NCBI GenBank assembly: GCA_030390025.1 | Contig: CM059433.1 | Coordinates: 558,001 to 622,000 of the forward strand | Direction of reading: 5' to 3' | Origin: Squalus acanthias | Taxonomy: Eukaryota | Length of the DNA stretch: 64,000 bases | In this document: positions 50,501 through 60,429 of the stretch, one piece after another | Layout of the letters: the number at the start of each line of letters is the position of its first letter | Position numbering within the stretch: position 1 is the first letter of the stretch | Made by a program: the position numbers and the translations under genes | Notes under the pieces: model-generated | Database searches by the model: none | Seen by the model: only the letters and a program-made list of their open reading frames with translations | What the model was told of the DNA's origin: nothing

Positions 50501-52083
50501 TTGCCATGGAAGGAGTTCAGCGAAGATTCACAAGGCTGATACCTGGGATGGCAGGAATGACATATGAGGAGAGATTGAGTCGATTGGGCTTATACTCGCT
50601 GGAGTATAGAAGAATGAGAGGGGATCTCATCGAAACATATAAAATTCTGACAGGTCTGGACAAACTAGATGCAGGAAGAATGTTCCCGATGGTCGGAGAG
50701 TCCAGAACCAGGGGTCATAATCTAAGGATAAGGGGTAAGCCATTTAGGACAGAAATGAGGAAGAATTTCTTCACCCAGAGAGTGGTGAACCTGTGGAATT
50801 CTCTACCACAGAAGGTAGTTGAGGCCAAGTCATTAAATATATTCAAGAATGAGTTAGATATATTTCTTAAAGCTAAAGGTATCAAGGGATATGGGGAGAA
50901 GGCAGGTACAGGGTACTGAGTTTGGATGATCAGCCATGATCTCATCGAATGGCGGAGCAGGCTCGAGGGGCCGAATGGCCTACTCCTGCTCCTATCTTCT
51001 ATGTTTCTATGAGTGTGGAAGGAATCAGAGGAGCAAGGTGAGATAGTTTCTAGGGCACCGATGTTGCTTCAATAGATGGCAGCTGCAAGTGAGATGACAG
51101 AAGCGATGTCAATGGTGAGAGAGGTTGTTCCAATGAGGTGGCACTGGACATACAGTTGGCTCTAAACACTTGCAAGCTAAAGAAATCTCTTTGTCTTACA
51201 AATGCAGTAACCAACAGTTTCTGTGCTCTGAAACTGACCATCTGCAACATGGCATCCTTTACACCAATTCTGAGCTGTCAGCTTATCAGAAACATCAGAG
51301 CAAACTCAACTCACGCCAGGATGAGCTGGCGTGTTCCCCGAACAGCGGGTAACCCGTGGGGGAGCACGTAAAATTGGAAGGAAGCCTCACAATAGTATTA
51401 AATTGCCTGTTAATGAGCTCAATTGTCTCCCCTGCCGCTTGGTGTCGGGTTAGTTCTCCGCTGACAGACCTGACACCTGTAAGACTTACGTGGAGGCGGG
51501 TTGACAGCAGGTTTCTACCCGCTGTCAATCTTTGCTATTTTGACAGCGGACCCGCCCTCTGAGCACCGGCAAAATCCAGCCCCAAGTCTTTACTGTAGCA
51601 TTACTTTAGAATCATTTGGTATTTAGGTTTTAGGTGTACTTACATCTAACACATATCCAGAATCTATTTGAACTTTGGAGAAGGTGTTTATAGATTTAAA
51701 AAGAAATTCTGTAACACATGGAAAAACCTGTTACGATGAAAATTAAGATGTCAATATCTATTCAGATTAAAGTAAAATCTGTGAAAACGATATTACATTG
51801 TTATATGCTACTGTTTTATTTATATGGGACAGTACTTCCATAGGGAGAGGAAAAGCTACATTTAAAAATTAACATTTTAGGCCCCCTCATCCCAAAGATG
51901 TGGACACAACCTCATGTTACAACTGAAAATCTTGACATACTAGACAGTCTTCTTGGTTGCCATGGTTGGTTGGTTTGTTCAATAATATGAATATATTATT
52001 CAATATTTCATAGGTACACCACAAGACACCTGAATGACGAGTCAGCATCCAAACAGATTCGAACCATGCTTCAGGTTCAGTAA
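23475..52083 (+). CDS. CYRIA: CYFIP-related Rac1 interactor A (FAM49A), spliced CDS: one of two alternative first coding exons plus 9 shared exons; 325 aa (exon 1a) or 326 aa (exon 1b)
   Basis: Hand-spliced exons keep frame across all GT-AG junctions (70 or 73 +122+106+137+78+117+80+127+71+70 nt = 978 or 981 nt). Translation MGNLLKVLT...[14 protein letters not shown]...[21 protein letters not shown]...[10 protein letters not shown] is a recognisable FAM49/CYRI protein. Blocks [39 protein letters not shown] and [10 protein letters not shown] favour the A paralogue. Confidence 0.93.
23763..23835 (+). CDS. CYRIA: CYRIA alternative first coding exon 1b (exon starts 23756): [24 protein letters not shown]
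   Basis: Long polypyrimidine tract and ttcAG ending 23755, ATG at 23763 in CCAAATGG context, donor GAAA|GTGAGA at 23836, phase 1. The peptide resembles the CYRI-B N-terminus ([16 protein letters not shown]). Confidence 0.92.
26946..27935 (-). mobile_element. Penelope-like retroelement 3' fragment (RT C-terminus, GIY-YIG endonuclease, 3' end)
   Basis: Minus-strand remnants [19 protein letters not shown] and [26 protein letters not shown] (GIY-YIG); hammerhead motif near the end. Confidence 0.85.
27044..27080 (-). ncRNA. Minimal type I hammerhead ribozyme motif
   Basis: AGUU-CUGAUGA-A-AGGUC(AUC)GACCU-GAAA-CG-U-U-AACU: canonical core, 5-bp stem II, palindromic AACGUU, 4-bp stem I. Confidence 0.72.
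28834..28955 (+). CDS. CYRIA: CYRIA coding exon 2 ([41 protein letters not shown])
   Basis: catAG acceptor, GAT|GTATG donor, 122 nt, in frame with either first exon. Confidence 0.95.
29534..29639 (+). CDS. CYRIA: CYRIA coding exon 3 ([35 protein letters not shown])
   Basis: poly-T ccAG acceptor, G|GTAAAC donor, 106 nt; peptide visible inside ORF 29462..29809. Confidence 0.95.
30275..30411 (+). CDS. CYRIA: CYRIA coding exon 4 ([46 protein letters not shown])
   Basis: tacAG acceptor, AAG|GTTAG donor, 137 nt. Confidence 0.95.
30496..30573 (+). CDS. CYRIA: CYRIA coding exon 5 ([26 protein letters not shown]), contains the Rac1-binding RR motif
   Basis: cctAG acceptor, CAT|GTGAG donor, 78 nt. 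The YYRR arginines are the known Rac1-contact residues of CYRI proteins. Confidence 0.95.
30668..30784 (+). CDS. CYRIA: CYRIA coding exon 6 ([39 protein letters not shown])
   Basis: gagcAG acceptor, GAG|GTATG donor, 117 nt. Confidence 0.94.
31052..34235 (-). mobile_element. CR1 LINE with endonuclease and RT remnants, interrupted by a younger CR1 at 31631-32189
   Basis: ORF 33391..34266 is APE endonuclease ([21 protein letters not shown]); RT pieces in ORFs 32612..33061, 31884..32612 and 31184..31573. Confidence 0.93.
31631..32189 (+). mobile_element. Young CR1 3' fragment nested antisense in the older CR1
   Basis: TSD ATCCTT at 31625-31630 and 32190-32195; near-identical to the 3' ends of 14015-15714 and 49643-51010. 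Confidence 0.92.
34625..35060 (-). mobile_element. tRNA-headed Deu-domain SINE
   Basis: Reverse complement of the 11821-12245 family (cttgaaccc box B, ccactgagcca box A). Confidence 0.75.
35256..36811. mobile_element. Outer Harbinger-like MITE hosting a nested MITE
   Basis: Imperfect TIR ggcctgaattttgcggt / accgtgaaatccgggcc; flanks ATT/ATG. Confidence 0.6.
35776..36594 (+). mobile_element. Harbinger-type MITE nested in 35256-36811
   Basis: Perfect TIR GGGCTGGATTTT / AAAATCCAGCCC, TSD TGC/TGC. Confidence 0.85.
37218..37426 (+). mobile_element. Family-2 LINE 3' end with poly(A)
   Basis: catcctgacttggaaatatatcgccg...cccacatcccatgaatgaataaaaaaa. Confidence 0.85.
37810..37889 (+). CDS. CYRIA: CYRIA coding exon 7 ([27 protein letters not shown])
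   Basis: ttttAG acceptor, CC|GTAAGT donor, 80 nt. Confidence 0.95.
38287..38913 (-). mobile_element. CR1 3' fragment
   Basis: ORF 38381..38908 is the CR1 ORF2 C-terminus; taagaaca tail. Confidence 0.92.
39182..39308 (+). CDS. CYRIA: CYRIA coding exon 8 ([42 protein letters not shown])
   Basis: poly-T tttAG acceptor, GAT|GTAAG donor, 127 nt; partly seen in ORF 39228..39410. Confidence 0.95.
40945..41015 (+). CDS. CYRIA: CYRIA coding exon 9 ([24 protein letters not shown])
   Basis: ctcAG acceptor, AG|GTAAGA donor, 71 nt. Confidence 0.95.
41303..41330. repeat. Poly-C homopolymer, 28 nt
   Basis: Direct count. Confidence 0.9.
41790..43547 (+). mobile_element. L2-type LINE 3' fragment split by a CR1 insertion
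   Basis: [14 protein letters not shown]...LHWLPVKQ...[15 protein letters not shown] in ORF 41731..42423; resumes at about 43394 and runs to a (ttg)n tail. Confidence 0.85.
42300..43393 (-). mobile_element. CR1 3' fragment nested in L2
   Basis: RT peptides in ORFs 42386..42865 and 43132..43314; probable TSD CTTAA; same subfamily as 61761-62391. Confidence 0.9.
43583..43738 (+). mobile_element. RTE-clade LINE 3' end fragment
   Basis: KRKER...[11 protein letters not shown]-terminal zinc-knuckle-like remnant and gagggactgcctaagaagaaga tail. Confidence 0.55.
45072..47788 (+). mobile_element. CR1 LINE, 5'-truncated and frameshifted, containing an antisense older-type CR1 piece at about 45752-46292
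   Basis: ORFs from 45078..45383 to 47195..47629 give successive ORF2 segments; TSD ATAC at 45068 and 47789. Confidence 0.9.
47863..49260 (+). mobile_element. Family-2 LINE RT and 3' end with poly(A)
   Basis: [19 protein letters not shown] and MFADD motifs in ORFs 47781..48134 and 48135..48452. Confidence 0.9.
49643..51010 (+). mobile_element. Young CR1 3' portion, same subfamily as 14015-15714
   Basis: ORF 49912..50919 is near-identical to the C-terminal part of 14114..15703. Confidence 0.93.
52014..52083 (+). CDS. CYRIA: CYRIA last coding exon ([22 protein letters not shown])
   Basis: catAG acceptor, TAA at 52081-52083; matches the CYRI C-terminus. Confidence 0.93.
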
Positions 52084-55060
52084 CTCCTTGGGCAAGAGGA
52101 TCCCTGTCCTGACCTCAGAAGATGTACATGTTTACATAATTTAATACAAGTTGGTGTTAATACTTATTTGTCTTATTTACCATAACCATTCCCTCCTCAT
52201 CACTTAACGTATGAAGAAAGACCTTTATAATAAAATTGATGAATGGCAATTTTTTTATTTTATATAGCATAATATGAAGCATACCTGCAGCCTTATATTT
52301 GACGTTGCAAAGTGCAGTTTGTTTTTGGCAGAATTGATGTACAATGCTGTTTTGCTCCAGTATGAATTTCTCTATATAACTATAAGACCCGGTACATCTG
52401 CAAATCTCATTGTAAATTTTACTAGTGTTTTAGTGTCTTAGCATTCAGGGAAACAGTTCTTACTGTGACAAAGATCAACACACAAGCCGCTGATTTTTCA
52501 AATTGTCTTACACGTGTTTGGTCAATCAGCTACTATAGGCAGAGATCATTGAGATCTGCACCTAGTTCATGTGGTGTTCATGTTTGTTTGGAAACATGCT
52601 TTTGGGCTTCGAAAAGACAGCATCTCTTTTACTGGCCTCTAGCAAGGAATTTAAGAATCACTTTCGCACCCTCCTGGCTTATCTGTATTAAAAAAAATAT
52701 GAACAAAATCTGAAATGTAAAAAGGGCCGTAACATTAAAAAGCCGTACCATTTTAACTGCACCATTTCTGTGCTAACATTTCAAATCAGACCATTAAAGA
52801 ATTACAAGTGATTTTCCTTTCTGAAACCTCACAATGCGTTAATAAGATTGTAAGTCTAGTGTGGACTTAATGGGCATTATAAATATGTTAAATTGTGCAT
52901 TTCCCATTATGTGCACTTTCAGCTAAAAGAAAGGGGAATACCATACACATGTGAAAAGATAAGTATACTTGATAAGCAACAGGCAACATTGGCACAAGGT
53001 TACATACTCTTGGATGAATGTAATTTCAGTCATTGCCAAATATATACTACAGACTGATAGATCAATCTTCTGTCCAAATTTTGTTATATAGAAGAGTGTT
53101 ATGTTGCAAAGTATTAAAAAAATGATTAAGGGTAAATACTAAAAATAAATCTGGAATAAATAATGACATCTCCAAAAAAGTAACTAAGGAAAGGGGAGCA
53201 AAATAAAGGGAAAGGAGAAGGAATAAAAAAATCTTATAAAATTATATAGGCCTTTACAAAGAGGGTCTGTTTCTTTAACTCCTTCACTGGTACAAACCTA
53301 TATTTCTATTTCAACATATTTTTTATACAAGCAATAAAATTTCACGTGATGCATTCTGTGAATGAAGTGCACAAAAATAAAATGCAATTTAATAAGAATT
53401 ATAACAAAATCTATCATACCTCTATTCCGCAAATTGGTGATACATCACAGCAACCCATGTAGTAATATTTGTTTCCATAAATGAGGCTGAGTGAATAACA
53501 CAATTGATAAAGTCATGAAGTCAGCATCATGTGTGAAAATATAAATTATAATACATGCGTACCAATGATGCATTCTATTTATACCACTGGTTTACCATTG
53601 TTAAATTAAAAAAATATTTTTATCTTCTCTTATTAGAGTAACAATGGTAGTAGGGATTTCTAAGGCTGCCTATTTGGTCATGCACGCTGGCTCTCGTCTC
53701 CTTGAAGAGGTGACTAGCCACCATCATGAACTAAGGAAAATATCCTTAGGGGCAAGTACAGATACCCGACTCCAAGCATTATATTTTACTTACTTGTTAT
53801 AGAGCATTTGAGGTTCTAACTTGATGGCCCTTTGTCCTCCTAAATATATTTTTTAAATGTGAGCAAAGTCAAAGTTCACAGATCTGATTTTTATTGGCAA
53901 TCTGGATGTTCAAACTCTATTATTGTGAAGCATTGTTTTTGTATATGAAGCCACTCTATTACACATAGAGTAACTTTCAAAGAGTTTAAGGTTGGAGTTA
54001 GTTGAGTATTGAGATTTTAAAGATTTTGACTTTTTAAAAACACAACTAGAATAATGAGTTACAAATCTAGAAATGTTTAATTATCTCCATGGCAATAAAT
54101 ATTTTATTGTTGGAAAAACAGCAACAGAGTTGCCAGGATCAAGACTGGTAGGATAGTAGTTCCAGTCCTTGCAGTTCATGTTGCATACCTGTGGAACTGT
54201 GAAAATATTCCCATGGATTATTACCAACACCTCTGGTACAAGTTAACACTTGTATAAATAGCTGACAGAATTTAGTGACAAAGGGGCCAGCAAAGGGGTT
54301 AAACCTGATTGCATCCTTTTGGCAACACTTGGCCATATTAGTGCCTTGAGAGCTCTGCCACTACAATTTGATATGGTTTAACAGTATGACCAATTTGAGC
54401 CAGATGAATCTGTTACTGCAGTATAAGATGTCAAAAAGGACCTAAACATATTGTACTTTGTAGAAGTACATTGACGCGGGTTTAATTGTGATGTCAGATA
54501 CAAGAAAGTTCCTTTTAAACAGACAAATATTTTTCTTGTAAGCCCATATAGTCTCAATTCCAGTACTGACAAAATATAACTATCATAGCATTTCTTTTGT
54601 AGTGTGGCCTTTCATTAAAGTTGCAGAGTTGAGAGCAGTGTTAGAAAGTCAGCATCTTTTGTGAATCCATGATCATCAAATTATAGCATTAAATTGAAGT
54701 TTCAGAAGAATTATTTTGCAAAACTCTCTGTTTGTGAATGGTATTTTGAATGCACTGGAAAATGGAAATGTGGCTTAAATGCATTCCCCAAAAAGTAATA
54801 CTGTCACTTTAAAAATGTGTGTAAAGTTGGGCTATTGGGCTGGAGATCATGCCTTTTAAATGGTGGCAAGACACTTCAATTCCATAGTACTAAAACAGTG
54901 TTCATCCTATGTGAGATTTGCTATTTTATTCCACTATGATTTATTGTTGCAGTTTAATAAGAGTAATAAAAGCTTTGATATTGTTTGTGACACATTGTAT
55001 ATTGATCTGTATTTTGAATTCTAATTTAAAACAGATTAAAAACAATGAAAAGTCAATTGG
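52084..55060 (+). other. CYRIA: Probable long AU-rich 3' UTR of CYRIA; 3' end uncertain
   Basis: AT-rich stretch after the stop with no repeat I can recognise. AATAAA at 52229, 53144, 53155, 53202, 53222, 53333, 53376 and 54965; ATTAAA at 55035 followed by a GT/T-rich tract. Confidence 0.55.
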
Positions 55061-55426
55061 TCTGTTACTGCTGTTCTTCCTTAAAGCAGTATTATTACAA
55101 GTAGATTGACATTCTTCTTTAAAAGCCATTATTGTGCAGGAAATTAGCTAATTCAGAATCGAATCTAACCAACCTACTAAAACACTGGTTTTTGACCGAC
55201 TGGATTTTTAAAATCTTCCTGTAGATTTTTTTTTTCTTTTTGCAGAGACCATTACCATATTCTAGCTGAAACCAACTATTTGCTTTGTTTTGTACATTAT
55301 GTAAGTGTGAAGTGAAAATAAAACTATTTAGCGCATTTCTGTTCTAAATTAACTAAAAATTGGTTGGTGTTACATCTACTGCACAAACTGACTATTGGTC
55401 GCTGGGTTTCTAATTGCAGCAGTAAT

Positions 55427-55544
55427 TTGGTTATGCGCCCGAAATGGTGTTCAACAAGGTGTCTCACAGGGCAACTAGGGATGGGCAATAAATGCTGGCT
55501 TTGCCAGCGATGCCCACATCCCATGAACGAATAAAAAAAAAAAA
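55427..55544 (+). mobile_element. Short retroposed insert: 43-nt head, family-2 LINE tail and poly(A)
   Basis: TSD AGTAAT at 55421-55426 and 55545-55550. Confidence 0.75.
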
Positions 55545-55715
55545 AGTAATCTGACAGGCAATGATTCTAAAACCTATGTGAATTACTTGCTAATCTATCA
55601 AGAAAAACAGAAATGTTTGAAATGAACAGCAGGCAGGTCAGCATCTGAAAGGGAAAAATTCAAGTCTCAAATGTGACTGCGCAAGTTTTGCTCAAAATAT
55701 ATTCAGTCAGATATA

Positions 55716-56200
55716 GGGGTAGAAATTGGACCTTACGCATCTTACGGGTGTAAAACGGGCAAAATGATGACCAATTTCGGTGAGCTGCGCCCGAGCAGCA
55801 TCGGGGTACCGATGCTGCCACAGTGACATAGGCAGCTGCCCGAGTGTGTGTGCCGCCCGCCTGAGACAGACATTGGGCCCCTTACATATGTAAATGAATG
55901 GCCTATCATCGGTTTCAGGACCCTGCACTAAATTGGTTGGCGATGAGCAGAGCCGGCTCGGGCCAGCTCCCCTCAGGATTCTTCAACAGTTGCCGCACCC
56001 TAAGCAGCGACATCCACCATAAACCCAGCAGGGTTGCAGTTGTCCTTCCTCCTGCCCCCTCCGAGGACTTGCCTTTGGGCTGCTGCCAGTGAAGCAGATG
56101 GACTAAAATTAACACCTTACAATGGGTGAACTGCCTCTGAGGCGCAACAAGTGCAGGCCCAAGGCCCCTTTATGAATGAGCCTTCGGTGTCTCAGTTAGG
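55716..56200. mobile_element. GC-rich non-autonomous DNA-transposon-like segment
   Basis: Starts ggggtagaaattggaccttacg, resembling the Harbinger-type termini; possible degenerate partner cgtaggagtccaattt at about 59218-59233. Confidence 0.4.
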
Positions 56201-56210
56201 GGGCGCGCCT

Positions 56211-56852
56211 TTGGTTATGCGCCCGAAATAGTGTTCAACAAGGTGTCTCACAGGAGCCTTGTTACAAAGTGTCTCACCTCCTGACTCCCCAAAACCTTTC
56301 CACCATCTACAAGGCACAAGTAAGGAGTGTGATGGCATACTCTCCACTTGCCTGGATGAGTGCAGCTGCAACAACACTCAAGAAGCTCGACACCATCCAG
56401 GACAAAGCAGCCCGCTTGATTGGCACCCCCATCCACCACCTTAAACATTCACTCCCTCCACCACTGGCGTACCGTGGCTGCAGCATGTACCATCTGCAAG
56501 ATGCACTGCAGCAACTCACCAAGGCTTCTTCGGCAGCACTGCCCAAACCCGCGACCTCTTCCACCTAGAAGAACAAGGGCAGCAAGCACATGGGAATACC
56601 ACCACCTCCAAGTTCCCCTCCAAGTCACACACCATCCTGACTTGGAAGTATATCGCCGATCCTTCATCGTCGTTGGGTCAAAATCCTGGAACTCCCTCCC
56701 TAACAGCACTGTGGGAGTACCTTCACCACAATACTGCAGCGGTTCAAGAAGGCAGCTCACCACCACCTTCTCAAGGGCAATTAGGGATGGGCAATAAATG
56801 CTGGCCTTGCCAGCGACGCCCACATTCCATGAATGAATATTAAAAAAAAAAA
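56211..56852 (+). mobile_element. Family-2 LINE 3' 580 nt joined to the same head as 55427
   Basis: [21 protein letters not shown] peptide; poly(A) at 56842-56852. Confidence 0.85.
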
Positions 56853-57179
56853 CATTCAGGCATATAGTACAAGTTGAAGTGCTGCAATATGGATAGAAAG
56901 TTAGTTAACGGATAGGAAGCAAAGAATTATGGTCAAAGGGTGTTGCTCGGATTAGAGAAAAGTTGGAAGTGGGGTAGCCATGGGGTTGATGCAGACTGCT
57001 GGTTAGGCTGTTCCTCTCCTGCTACAACTAGGCAAAGTGTGTACAGCATATGCTTCGCCTGTTTGTACCTGAATTTTGCAATCACTACGAAAAAAGGAAG
57101 AAGATTGGAAAAACAAAATAAGATGGACCACTTGGTTGCGACCTAGACACCAAATTCGGGCACGACTAAGGCATATCCA

Positions 57180-59210
57180 GCCCAGTGGACCCTGCAAAGT
57201 CCTCACTAAAATCTGGGGACTGCTGCCAAAGTTGGGGGAGCTCCACTACAGACTAGTCAAGCTGCAGCCTGATATAGTCAGACTCTCAGAATCATACCTA
57301 TCAATATACCAGACTCTTCCATCACCATCCCTGTGTATGTCCTGTCTCACTGGCAGGACAGACCCACTAGGAGGGAATAACCTACTTGAACTCAATCTAC
57401 CTGTCGCAGATGCATCTGTCCATGGCACTATAGGTAGGAGTGACCACCGCACAGTCCTTATGGAGAACAAGGCCCGTCTTCACACTGCGAGCACACCATC
57501 GTGTCATGTGGCACTATCACTGCGTTAAGTGGGATAGATTAAGAACAGATCTAGTAGCTCTAAACTGGGCATCCATGAGGCGCTGTGTACTGTCAGCCGA
57601 AACACCACCGCAATCTGTAACCTCATGACCTGGCATATCCCTCACTCCTCCATCATTATCAAGCCAGTTGACCAAATCTGGTTCGATGAGGAGTGTAGAA
57701 GAGCCTACCAGGAGCAGCAGCAGACATAACTAAAAATGCACTCTAAATAGCGGAAGCAGCATGCTTTCGACTGAGCTAAGCGATCCCACAATCAACGGAT
57801 CAGGTCAAACCTCTGCAGCCCTGCCAGATCCAGTCGTGAATGGTGGTGGACAATTAAACAACTCACAGGAGGATGAGGCTCCATGAATATCCCCATCCTC
57901 GGTAATGACGAAGCCCAGTGAGTGCTAAAGACAAGGCTAAAGCTTTCGCAAACAACTTCAGCCAGAACTACAGAGTGGATGATCCATCTTGGCCTCCTCC
58001 TGAGGTCCCCACCTTCACAGATGCCAGTCTTCAGCCAATTCAATTCACTCCACATGGGAGCAGGAAGTGGTTGAATGCACTGGGCATAGTAAAGGCTACA
58101 GGCCCTGACAATCCGGCTGTAGTGCTGAAGAACGGAGCTCCAAAACTAGCTGTTCCAGTACACCACCAGAATCTACCCGAAAATGTGGAAAATTGTCCAG
58201 GTATGTCCTGTCCACAAAAAGCAGGATAAATCCAATCCAGCCAATTACTGCCCCATCAGCCTACTCTTCATCATCAGCAAAGTGATGGAGGGTGTCGTCG
58301 ATAGTGCTATCAAGCGGCACTTACCAATAACCTGCGCACCAATGCTCAGTTTGGGTTCTGCCAGGACCACTTGGCTTCAGACCTTATTACAGCCTTGGTT
58401 CAAAAGTAAGGTCAGAAGTGGAGCTCTTTGCAATTCCTCAGATAATGAAGAAGTCCATGCCTACATGCAGTAAGACCTGGAAAACATCCATGCTTGGGCT
58501 GATAACTGGCAAGTAACATTTGTGCCACACAAGTGCAAGGCAATGATCATCTCCAACAAGAGAGAGTGTAATCACCTCTCCATGACATTTAATGGCGCTA
58601 CCATTGTTAAATCCCCCACCATTAACATCGTTCGGATGACCATTGACCAGAAACTTAGCTGGACCAGCCACATAAATACTGTGGCTACTAGAGCAGGTTG
58701 AGGTATTATTCTGTGGCGAGTGACTCACCTTCTGCCTCCCCAAAGTCTCCACCACCTACAAGGCACAAGTCAAGGGTATGATGGATGAAATACTTTCCAC
58801 TTGCCTGGATGAGTGAAGCTGCTACAACACTCAGGAAGCTTAACACCATCTTGGACAAAGCAATCCACTTGATCGGCATCTGATCCACTAATCTAAACAT
58901 CCAATCCCTCCACCACTGACGTTCCATAGCTGCAGTGTATCCTATCTACAGGATGCACTGCAGCAACTCGCCAAAGCTTCTTCAGCAGCACCTCCCAAAT
59001 CCGCGATCTCCACCACCTAGAAGGACAAGGGCAACAGGCGCATGGGAACACCACCACCTCCAAGTTCCCCTCCAATTCACATACCATCCCGACTTGGACA
59101 TATTTCCTTGTTACTTTATCGTCGCTGGGTCAAAGTCCTGGAATTCCCTACCTAACAGCACTGTGGGAGTACTTTCGCCACACGGACAGCAGCGGTTCAA
59201 GAAGAAGGCC
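57180..59210 (+). mobile_element. Degenerate, internally deleted family-2 LINE (endonuclease to 3' end)
   Basis: PDIVRLSESYL and GRSDHRTVL (APE); KATGPDN and SNPANYCPISLL (RT). Confidence 0.85.
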
Positions 59211-60429
59211 CAATCAACGTAGGAGTCCAATTTGCATACTTAAGCTTGACTGGATCTTTTATTTTAGCGACTCCACCACCAACAATGCCAATTACACTAT
59301 TATTCCTTTAAAGTTAATATTTAGAATTCCCTTAATCACAAAACAATGATCAGCTTCAACATTCCCTTAGCATTAATGATGTTATTTGGGGCCCATGTTA
59401 CATGGCCGAGCTCTGCTCATGCTGGCAGTACTAATGTTGTCTGAGCAAATCATCAGAAACATGTGAAAAAATATCTATGTAGTTTGGATTAAAGGGTGTA
59501 ATAGTGTCATTGAAAAGTGACAGTCCACAGCTCCCACAGTCAAGTAGCACTTCTACGCTGCAACCTGTGGAATTAAGTACGCACACTCTTGCATGTTGAC
59601 AAGGCCATTTTTCGATAAAGAAACTTGATAGTTTTTAAACTGACGCTGACCTTTATTTAGCTGCTGCAAAAAAAAAAGCAAAAAGGTTATTTCACTAAAA
59701 AGATACCATATAAATTGAGATAGCCGGAAACTTAGCATGTTACTTTCATTGTATTTGTAGGATACACTTGTCACCACATTTATTAAAACCCCAAATCTTT
59801 TTTAGTAGATTGTTGTATTCATTTATTCTCTGATGTCACTTCGTGATATCAGTTCCTGGATAATTAAATGTAATCACACTTTGGCTAAAAAAATTAGATG
59901 TGTGTTTACAAATCCCTCAAATTGGTCACTTTGTCAAAACCCCTTCAAAACAGTTAGCTGAATATTTAATTGGGATATAGCACAATCTCAGAGCTGATCC
60001 GACGTGAGCAGTTTCTGCAGTTATCAGAATTTGGAAATTGTACTACTACTTCTTCAACAAACATTGTTATTTTGGTGTAACACACGTAATCCCCCATTTC
60101 GCTAAATTTTGACAGACAAATTTTCTTTTCGTCCCAGTGAATGGTATTTGGTCTTCGCTAAGGTCTAGAAATCACAATGTGAAGGATTGGGGCATTAACT
60201 GTGTCCAGCAACTACGTGGGAGTTTGCACTCTTGCTGGATTGTTGAAAATAAACAGATTTTTGATAAATGTGTACTCATTAGATCCAGCATAAGGACCCA
60301 ATGGCCTTATCTTAAAGTATTCATGCAAAGAGTAAGTTTTTAAAAAATGCTTACTGCGAAGTGAAAAACCTGGTATCGAAACATGGGCCAGAATTTTCCC
60401 CTAACAAAATGGGTGGATTTGGAGCGTGT

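Larger units (their letters stand above)
44379..51582 (+). mobile_element. Second copy of the Myb-remnant Harbinger element, expanded to 7.2 kb by nested LINEs
   Basis: Perfect TIR GGGCTGGATTTT / AAAATCCAGCCC, TSD CAA/CAA. Segments 44379-45071, 47789-47862, 49261-49642 and 51011-51582 are colinear with 17945-19632. Confidence 0.87.

Noticed and set aside
56187..56240. Hammerhead ribozyme in the head sequence (stem followed by GAAA)
   Set aside because: No CUGANGA core upstream of the stem
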